Of a stretch of DNA of 64,000 nt, positions 54,951-64,000 are shown piece after piece. Below the pieces are notes generated by a model, which did not search any database, was not told the origin of the DNA, and saw only the letters and a program-made list of their open reading frames with translations. The stretch is from Salisapilia sapeloensis CBS 127946 (taxonomy: Eukaryota > Protista > Oomycota): the NCBI GenBank assembly GCA_023334545.1, contig JAADVB010000009.1:94803-158802 (forward strand), written 5' to 3'. Position numbers and translations under genes: made by a program. Position 1 is the stretch's first letter, and each line of letters begins with the position of its first letter.

Positions 54951-55983
54951 TTGTTAACACTACACTGAAATAGTGAGTATTCAAATATAATATATCTTCC
55001 ATAAATATCCTTTGCTGCAACTTGGACTTTTGTCGTCTGATTTGTATATTCTTGCGCTATTTGCGTGGTTCTTTGGGCGATGGTCAATCACTGTGATGAT
55101 TTGGAGTATGTGGGCATTTGTATGAGTATATGTTTATTTGTGTAGATGTTGTGCTTGCATAACAGCTCACATCAAGGCGATTTTTTTGTGGCAAAGAAGT
55201 TGTATGTTTAATTTTTTGGACCTCTGAACATCAAGACGAATGAAGGACGAGGTTTCCGCTAGTGCCGGATGAAATTAACACAAAATAAGCTTTTCTTGGA
55301 AATGCCCTCTTCCAAAGAGGTATCTAGACGACCTCCAATGCAATCTATCTTGAATCTAAGCAGCTTTAATAACCTCCACTGTGGTAAGGACCTTATTGCA
55401 CACATAATGAGAGGATCATTTTTACCAACTAAGGACCATCCATGATTTTTGTAGCTAATCACAATGAAAAAGATACGAGAACCAGAGAAGGTAGCGACAA
55501 GAGGTGTTCATTGCATGTACCATGCAGAATTTTGGATATCTACGTTTATTCACAAGCTCATGCTTCATCCTAAACCAAACTCCACTCCCGTTAGATCAGA
55601 TTCTGATGGCATCAAGACGAGACAACTGAGCTACATGGGTAACAGCACAAGGACGATCAGGATTTGACGAGGGATTCCTATTCTTTAATTTTTCAACAAT
55701 AATATATAATATATTATAAAATAATTTAATCGTTGGGATTGTATAAACCCTTTTTACCAAAAAGGATACAATACTTTGACAATCAGACATTTATAGCAAT
55801 AAATTAATGCAGTATTTCATTTTTTATCCCTTTTATCGTACGAAATCATAGAAATATTCGTTTTCAGGCACCCTGGATAGGACACGAGCAAGAAGCAACA
55901 AAAGAGGAACAAAGAGCTTTATAAGCTTATAATACACTGGTATTCTTTAGGAACAAGTAGAAACATCACAAGGCCATTGACAC

Positions 55984-57426
55984 CTACGACTGTGCTTCTG
56001 GCGTCTTCACACTCTTGTACACAGGTGGCGTTCCGTTCTCCATGTTATGAGGCTTGTTCGACAAGAACGATTCCCTCGTGTACGCATCCGCACCGTTGAG
56101 TCGCTGGTAAAAGTCAGCATCCATCTCGTCGAACCCTTGCTCATTGTTGAACACGAAAAACCAGGTAAGCGGAATCGAGACGACAGCGATGCCGAAGAAT
56201 GTGTAGAATGCACCCGAGTAGCCAAAGCCGTCAATGTCGACCCAGATGGAGAACCCAAAGGAGCCAACAGCAGCGCCGGCTTTACCAGCAGCGGCGGAGA
56301 TACCGTGGCAGGTACTTCGGATCGGCGTCGGGAACATCTCCGTCGGGATGACAAACGTCGACATGTTTGGTCCGAAGTTGGCGAAGAAGAGGGCAAGGCC
56401 GTAGAGAACGATGAAGAGCACCGCCTGGTCTTTGATGGATTCCCAGAAGATGGCGAGCATCAAGAAGAGGATCGCCATGACTGCGAAACCTTGGATCTGC
56501 ATCCACTTGCGGCCCATGCGGTTGATAAAGTAGACACCGACATAGTAACCAGGCAAAGCCATGAGCGCCACGAACGCGTTCTGGGTCGTCACTTGCTGCA
56601 GAGATGCGTTTTCAACACCGACGACCGTCAAGATACTAGCAGAGAAGAGGTTCTGGGCGTAGAAGACAATATCAAAGAGGAACCACGTGCCAGCAGTACC
56701 GACCAAGCTCCTCCAGTAGTGCTTTAGGATGAATCCAATCTGCGCTCGGCTGTTGCTTCCGTCACTTCTTTCTTCAGCAGCAGCAATGCGCTGGGCTTCA
56801 GCTGCCTTGTACGCTTCCGTTTCTTCCGCAGTGATACGGTAGTAGCAGACGATCACAGCAGGTAAGACACCGATACCAAAGAGCAAGCGCCAGACGACTT
56901 CCAAACGCGACTTGTCGTTCTCACCTTGGTCTCCGTTGGCGAGTGCTTCGACAAGCAGGTTACCAAGGATGGCGGCTGTGAGCGAACCAACACCTTGCAG
57001 GGAGAACGTCATGGCCACTCGCTTGTTTCGTTCGGATACGGAGGTAGCGTCTTCAGCAGTGGAAGAGGCAGCGAGAGGGTATTCGCCACCAATACCGATA
57101 CCGAGGATGCCTCTGGCCGCGACAAGGAACCAAATCGTACCAGCAGCGGAGCCGGCGTAAGCAACGGTGCAGAGAATGCCACCAACGATAAGCAGAGCAC
57201 AAGTTGCGATCATGTTGACCTTGCGACCGAAGATGTCACCGAGGTAACCGAAGAGCAGTTGACCGATGACGGCGCCAATAAGAGCAGCAGCAGACACCCA
57301 GGACTTGCGGAACGACGTGTATTCGTCGCCATACTGTTCTTGTAAGATGACATTGACGACGTTCATTACGAAGAGGTCGTAGGCGTCATTGAAGAATCCG
57401 ACACCGCGCACGAAGAAGGAGTTCAT
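55984..57426 (-). CDS. MFS phosphate:H+ symporter (PHO84/PHT1 family)
   Basis: GVGFFNDAYDLF, GQLLFGYLGDIFGRK, GIGIGGEYPLAAS, WFLFDIVFYAQNLF, FANFGPNMSTF..P.E.FPT..RSTCHGISAAAGKAGA; 480 aa. Confidence 0.93.
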   Translation of the reverse strand: MNSFFVRGVGFFNDAYDLFVMNVVNVILQEQYGDEYTSFRKSWVSAAALIGAVIGQLLFGYLGDIFGRKVNMIATCALLIVGGILCTVAYAGSAAGTIWFLVAARGILGIGIGGEYPLAASSTAEDATSVSERNKRVAMTFSLQGVGSLTAAILGNLLVEALANGDQGENDKSRLEVVWRLLFGIGVLPAVIVCYYRITAEETEAYKAAEAQRIAAAEERSDGSNSRAQIGFILKHYWRSLVGTAGTWFLFDIVFYAQNLFSASILTVVGVENASLQQVTTQNAFVALMALPGYYVGVYFINRMGRKWMQIQGFAVMAILFLMLAIFWESIKDQAVLFIVLYGLALFFANFGPNMSTFVIPTEMFPTPIRSTCHGISAAAGKAGAAVGSFGFSIWVDIDGFGYSGAFYTFFGIAVVSIPLTWFFVFNNEQGFDEMDADFYQRLNGADAYTRESFLSNKPHNMENGTPPVYKSVKTPEAQS

Positions 57427-59874
57427 ATCGGATGCGCTGGAAGTTGGCGTGGAGAAGATGTGAAATCGGAAAATGACACTCGAATAAGATTGTCATGGCC
57501 TTTGAGCGACTGGCCTGGACAGAAATTGACTTGGCATTTGTATGCAAGCGTGAGATCAGCCGTCCTTTGCAATCAGCTCATAAATTAATGCACTTGCCAA
57601 TGAGAAAGCACAAAATTGAAAGATTCGAAAGTATAATAAAATGAAATAAATTAGAATCTTGGTACCTGTCTTTTAGAGCTAAAGGATCTTATATAGAGTA
57701 CATACATAAACAAGGTTAAACCCCATTAGAGACGGGCAGTTCAGCCAGATGGAGTCTGCATACATTCGACATCTTGTTGGGCTCGGATTCCATGTAGTAT
57801 TCCTAGCTGCTGGAATCTGGTATGAAGTAGAGGCAGGCAAGCTCCTTGCGGCATGCAGAGGCAATCATGTTCGAATTTAAGAAAAGCATTTTTAAGCGCT
57901 AGGTCATTGGGAGCTACGTATCTTGTAGCAAGCTGGTAGCTATAAAAGTTCATTTCTCACAGTAGATCTCATTACTAAAGGATGCCTACGTTGAGACACT
58001 CAAAACACGACGGCGATCGAGATGGAAATGGAGACGAGCACGCTGGGCCGACACGGTCTTAAAGATATCCACACCGGCGTATATGAAGAGCGATCGACAT
58101 GAAATATCAGAAGCTCTTCAAGATTGACCAGGCACATAGGTACGACTCCAAGGCCGTAAAGCGTCTGGAATCACCAGGTTGGGATGTCTTCAAGGTGAGC
58201 TCAGATCGATCTCATGGTGTCTTGCTTGTCTTTGTCTCGTTCAAGTGGCCTGGAGCAGCGTCAATGGCAACCTCTCTGCTTAAAGTGTATCGTACTTGAT
58301 TGAAATTTGATTACGCGACAAATTAGAGGCTACATACTATTCGGTCAAGTACGATATCAAATCTAGCCCGAAAACAATTCGGCTGTCGATCAAATTGTAC
58401 TCGATCTACGCTCCGAACATAGCATAATCCAGTTCCTGTGTATTTCCTATACTTTTGTGCATTCGTTGCTCTCTTTGAAGCTCTTCCTGGGCTTACTTCC
58501 GATGCCGTACAGACATACCAGTACTCTGTCATATAGTGTCTGTCCTGGACACGCACGTACCGTCGGTCGCTTCTGTACGAGACAACTTGTTTATGCTAGA
58601 ATGGATCAAGAAGCAGAAAGGGCGCGGTTGTCGATCAAGAATAAGCTTTGTGTAGTGGATACCTTAGCAGCTCATTCTGGTGTATTCTTGAATTTACAAT
58701 CTCTTGCTAATTAGTTGCACCCTTACAGTGGGATGCTCTATGAAGTTGTAGATTGTGTTTCTCTTCTTCGTTCTCAGCTCTTGTAACGGATGAATACCTT
58801 CCGGGATGTGTATCTAGCATGAAGGTGATACCGAACTGTTGCGCGCATCAAGGAAGTTAGCATCTACCTCTGCACTAGCGTTTCAAAGCATTCATTCTAT
58901 TTGTTTAGAAAACCAACTTCCGACGAGGGTACTAGGTGTCCGTTAGAGCATTTGCGCGACTAGATCGCTACTTGAACACGCTACTACACAACCAAATCAA
59001 AGAGCTCGTTGCTCGTCTGCATTAAAATTTAAAATCGACAGTGCGCTGCGACGAGTAGCGCGAAATGATCTGAACTGTAAATTTTTTCACGTAGCTTCGA
59101 TCGACGATTTTGCGTGTTTGAAGGGACTTGCAAGGAATAGAAAAGTAGAGCATGTAGCATGCCCTACTACCTACTAGCGCAAATCTAACAAGCTACTTGT
59201 TGCGCTTCTCAATCAAAGTTCACTCGATATACATGCTTGTGATAACGTGTACACCAAATGAGCTCACAGCATCCATGTCTTTTTCTGATAGCACTCGTTT
59301 TTGGACTGATGGTCATGCTACGAGTCAGGTACAAGAACCAGGCATGTGCCCATCTCGACCGGACGCTGACGCAATCGGAAAGAATCGGCTCTACCGTCCA
59401 ATCACCCTCAGCATAGCTAATAGCGTGTAGCCTCGGGTACTGCAGCAAGCACGTGCTTCTTGCAGATGAGGCGTTCGTCGATTTTATGCATGTACTCGAT
59501 CTCGTAATATGACACCCATTTGGTAGTCAAGCGCCATACTCGGGCGCATCGAGTGCAAAATAATTTGGAATTCAAGTGGGAAGTTACATCCTGGAATCCT
59601 CCATTTCCAGATTTGCTCCCCCGCACACAAGTACGTTCATCGTGCGCAGATCGAAAGATCCGACCAGCACTGCGACAAAGTTTCAATCTTTCGCTACACT
59701 AGGACTCCGTTTCGTAATCACCTAAATCAGAGCTTTCATCCGCACATCTGACGAGTGGTTGAACGTTGTCAGCGGAATTAAAAATTACCCACCATCTAGC
59801 TCGCCAAAGTTTAATCCACACTCGGACGAAAAAGCAAAGCGATCAACACTCCGCTCACAGACACAAAGAGAAAC

Positions 59875-60645
59875 ATGGCTCTTCAATTCACAATGCAGAC
59901 GAAGCCGTTGAAGCCCGTGAGCGCCTACATCACCTCTTACGGCCGATCCTCGCGCATTGACAAGGCGACTACACTATACGTCATACGAGTGACCAAGGGC
60001 CAGCGATCGTGGTACGTTGCCAGACGCTACTCGGAGTTCCGGTCGCTGCACACACAGCTGAAGGTGTTGTTGGCGACTCAAACGTGTTCGTCCTGTGAGC
60101 AATTAGCCGACACGTATGACAATGTCGAATTTCCACAGCGATTCCGCGTTCGATCCGGAATTCCGTCCGCGCGAGAGAAAATCGAGGAGTCCCGAGTCGA
60201 GCAGCTGAACACGTACATGCAAATTCTCATGGGGACCACCCAAGGTCTGTTGGGCGAAAACGAAGGATGGGAAAGCGGAGATCACGTTGACGAAGACGGC
60301 GTGTGCAAAGCGCTGACGCTCGTGAATAAGTTCTTGCTAGTCGACGAGCAAGAAGCCAATGACGATACCTCCACAGAAGATACTTCTGTCTCCTCCCACG
60401 ACAGTCGTCGTCGATCTTTAAAGAAATTAGACAGCTTCCAAGTATCGGAGCTCGACCTGCTTTACCGCGAGCCTTCCCACCGTAGCAGTGAATCATTTCG
60501 GAGTTCTCGAGGAAGCTCCTACTCGTCTCCACAGCGTAGCATGCGATGGAGCGGTCGCACGACGAAATCGCCTGAAAGCCTTCCGTACGCCGAGATCTTT
60601 GACGATTTGGAATTGCCACCGCTGGATGCCATTGTGCAAAGGTAG
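59875..60645 (+). CDS. PX (phox homology) domain protein
   Basis: TLYVIRV..WYVARRYSEFRSLHTQL, CSSC insert, FPQRF, IEESRVEQLNTYMQIL; Ser/Arg-rich tail; 256 aa. Confidence 0.85.
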   Translation: MALQFTMQTKPLKPVSAYITSYGRSSRIDKATTLYVIRVTKGQRSWYVARRYSEFRSLHTQLKVLLATQTCSSCEQLADTYDNVEFPQRFRVRSGIPSAREKIEESRVEQLNTYMQILMGTTQGLLGENEGWESGDHVDEDGVCKALTLVNKFLLVDEQEANDDTSTEDTSVSSHDSRRRSLKKLDSFQVSELDLLYREPSHRSSESFRSSRGSSYSSPQRSMRWSGRTTKSPESLPYAEIFDDLELPPLDAIVQR

Positions 60646-63600
60646 ACGTGTCCGACTTACTTGCGGATGATGAGTCAGGTTCCGAGTACGGCCTCTGTAT
60701 TTGTTATGTGACCTGCGGATGGTATGCCGACGCAGTCGAGTGAATAAGTTAGAAATGAATGTATAGTTGATGCAGCTATAAACTTGTTCATGCTAAAGTA
60801 GCTTTAAAGCAGAGAAATATGAACTTTGGATACATATTGAAGGTATCCTGTGCTGCTGTAGATTTGTAAAGGGAAAATTTTGTTGACGCTGTAGACGGAT
60901 GAGGAACAAGTATGTAGAGACTATGATCGAGTACTTGGAACTAGCATGTCGTATGTCTTTGAACTTAAACTCGAGTACGGTGTTGGTGTATGAAAAGATG
61001 ATTTTAGCGATCTGGTAGCCTCGGTATCTAAAGGTATGCTCCACGTGAGGACTCATCCGCTGGTGCATGCCACAGCCTATTGTGTACTCAAAACATGCAA
61101 ATTAACTTTCTTTTGTCCGCTGCTCCTCATCTATAATGTAGCTATATCACAATTCGCATAAGTATCTTTTCTATTGTATCGAAGCGCTCTAATTCCTGGC
61201 AACGTAGAGTTCTTTCAAAAGGAAGCGATACATATGTCTAATTCGACTGCATGACGGCATGAAGTGACAGTTTAATCTTCGACCCGAACTTTCGTGTTTT
61301 AGCCCCCTTGGTGTCGATGTAAATCCAGGTAAAGGAGACTCAACAGGGATGACAATGTAAAGATGAGGAAACGCAATCGATAAAGATGCGATCTCACTTT
61401 AAAGAGAGCACACATACAATAAAAGGATGGAGAAACATTATAAAGAGTGGTCACCTTGCTGTTGGATGGAGTACGCGGAGAGCAAGAAGACTAATGTATA
61501 CTTGCTTGAATGTAGTGATCACCACCATACACATCGAAGGTGCAAGCAATATGAAGAAGGATGAAATACACTCGAGGTACCTCAACTGTAGTCCAATCGA
61601 AAGAACGAATCGATTGCGGTCATATGAAGGTGTGTGCGCATTTAGGTGACCCTTCAATCTTCGAAGCAAAGGTGGCAGATTAATCCCACTAACTTCTGTA
61701 TTATCAACGGCAAGTCGATATTCTGCCTACTGTAGAGAATCAAAAGTGGAGTTGATTGTTATCTTGCTTGTGCAATTGTCACAGATCAGCTACCCAGTGT
61801 CGGTTTTTGCTTATGGTAACTTGGGTATTGACTGAAGGACTTAGGACCACGGACAGCCGAAGTGTGCGAAGAGAGCAAGAGCGTTGCCACGAATCGGGTG
61901 TATTATACGTTTTCGCGTCCGAACCAACTGATGAACCAAGACGCACTGCATCTTGTCGCTTCAGTCTCTGATCGCAACTGGACTCATTCATCGTGTTGTG
62001 TTTTCTGACCTGGATCAATTCTTGTATCCATTAAAGTATACAAAGACAAATTGATGGACCGCATTTACTTTGCAAGGTTTGGCCATTAATAGAAGCCACA
62101 GCTTATTCCTTTTCTATGCTGAATAGTTAGCGATGATTCATTTAAAGTCAAAGCACAAATGCGAAGCACAATCAAGATTTGTTGGATGACTCGATGACAA
62201 TGCTGCGCCATTTTTCTTCGCTGTTGAGGTCAAGTGGTGATGCGGAAGTAGTCAATAGCGGTATGAGATGTCGAAGTCGTTTCTATGAAGAAGTCCATTG
62301 GGTTTAAACTATTTGCTCCTGGCGACAGTATCCATCAGTAAATTCTAGGTAACAAAAAAGAAAGTCTTTTTATCGTAGAGCACCATACATATAGCAGATA
62401 ATGAGCACTGTGTTAGCAGCCTCGAATAAACAGTTGAGCTAGGTTGAAGTGCTGCGACTATGAAAGTTTCCAGGTACTAATATAAAGAATTTGCTTTATC
62501 ATTGCTCTAAAGTCATTTATCAGAACCCTTTCAGGTAATGAGTGCAAGCTCAGATTTTCACCTACGAAATGCATAGATGATCGCGGATAATCAAAATACT
62601 TCTGTGCAGCTGAAGATACAAGGTAGAATTTTGTCGGCTCATCGTTAGGATCAGTGATGGGCAAAAAAGTATATTCTCCAAGCGCATGTGGCTACTGCGT
62701 ACAAGAATTGCTACCGTGTGGGAAACCAACGAACTTTCCAGTAGCAGTAGATGTTTCTGAGAGCGGTGCCGAGCGTACGTCAGCAGACATAGCTACCACA
62801 TACAATCCAATAAATATAAGTTGAAGGCAAGTTCAAGGCACAATTGAAATGGGAGGTACATCATGTGTCGATTGAGTTACTACATACCAACATTGAGTGG
62901 GCTTCTACGAAGGCATAATTGAAAAGCTTACGAGTGTTTTAAGGAAGTATAAGTTCTGTATTTTAAATTTAGACTAAACATACAACAATCTTTGCTACAA
63001 CAAGAATTAAGGAGTGCAAGCAGAAGCGTCAAGTCCAAGCAAAGACGGAGTATAAACGGGAGCACCTATTCAGCTCAAATTCGTCCTTCACTTTGCTTTA
63101 TCAACATGACCAGCTTTGACGGTGTGTCACATGTCGCCACGGAATAAAGATCGCATAGATGCGCTAGATCACGAAAAAAAGATTGAAGACTTTAGTAATC
63201 GGCCGTATACCTAGTTTTGTATCTATATCGGAAAGTTACTGACAAACAGATTTATTTCGAGCTTGCGACTGCGGTAAAGATGATCTGGTGATCAGATAAA
63301 GCTACATATATCCCGTGCTTTTAGAACCGGATGAACAAATGGTCTAAACGCGGGATGGAGAGCTTGTAACGATGAGGTTCAGATACCTTGCATAGCGTTA
63401 TCCGATTCAACAAAACAACCTATATTTGTAACCAGACTGGCATTTTAGTATCAATGCCTTCGCTATACAAGATGCAGCACTAACCTATTCCGACAACTTA
63501 TTGATGGTTCCATCACTACAGCACGTGGGTTACTTGATAGAATATCATCCGTGACTTCTTTGCTTCATTGATGTGCTTTGTCGTCTATTAAGTTTGCGCT

Positions 63601-64000
63601 TCAAAATGACAGCAGACAATACATCTCGAACGTCTACCACTGTCGTAGGTGGATGTTCAGGCGCATATTTTTCTCGGTTCCCACGCTGCCGACTCGTATC
63701 GCAACATACGTGACCGATCTTCTATCTCCTACCGATCGTGCCCAAATGCTATGTTCACGTACTGCGCCCAAAGACGACACAATCGACACGGAACAGATCG
63801 AAGACAGATAGGGCCTACGCTGCATCCTTTCAGCTGGAGTTGCGTACCGAGCCGGTGACGGTATAGCTTTCAAGTCGAAGATACAGATTGGTCGGTTTAG
63901 ATGGACGGATTACTTGACAGGTAGGGTAGCCGACCGTATCATGGAAGAGATAGCCCGATGGTAGCTGACTCGATAAGTCGGGTCGGAACCTATTGTCTGA

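Noticed and set aside
56047-56727. 226-aa antisense ORF over the phosphate transporter (likewise 50130-50642 and 40985-41473)
   Set aside because: Typical antisense shadows of biased coding sequence.
55799-57592. 13-bp direct repeat ATAAATTAATGCA on both sides of the phosphate transporter
   Set aside because: Shared 13-mers are expected by chance in 64 kb, especially AT-rich ones; no TIRs or transposase.
58945-59190. Weak inverted repeat (atttgcgc..gcgcaaat) suggesting a MITE
   Set aside because: Only about 8 bp pair and there is no target-site duplication.

Overview
Eukaryotic, very gene-dense genomic DNA, most likely from a zoospore-forming oomycete (stramenopile). The assignment is inferred from the START-like+FYVE family, a myosin with an ANK/PH/AIDA-C2 tail, Inr+FPR-type core promoters and flagellar genes (CFAP99, CFAP157-like, ATAT1). 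I can support about 33 protein-coding genes and 2 tRNA genes (Ala-UGC, Asn-GUU). Several genes are visible only after manual splicing of tiny introns: RPS23, GST copy 1, an 8-exon UBAC2-like gene, ATAT1, a 65-aa twin-CX9C protein, a 171-aa MGxxxS protein, a purple-acid-phosphatase-like gene and a 1274-aa LRR protein. I reconstructed 26 introns in frame; 23 are 49-61 nt, all start GTA and 16 start GTAC. There is no CRISPR array, rRNA or intact transposon. The best novelty candidates are a membrane-anchored COG0523/ZNG1-type zinc-chaperone GTPase, a three-gene cluster of START-like proteins with degenerate FYVE fingers and a shared C-terminal helical hairpin, a BAHD-type acyltransferase, a possibly myristoylated twin-CX9C microprotein 87 bp head-to-head with ATAT1, and an LRR protein with an unnamed repeated C-terminal module. 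I found no clearly new multi-gene system. All family calls come from motif recognition by eye, with no database search.
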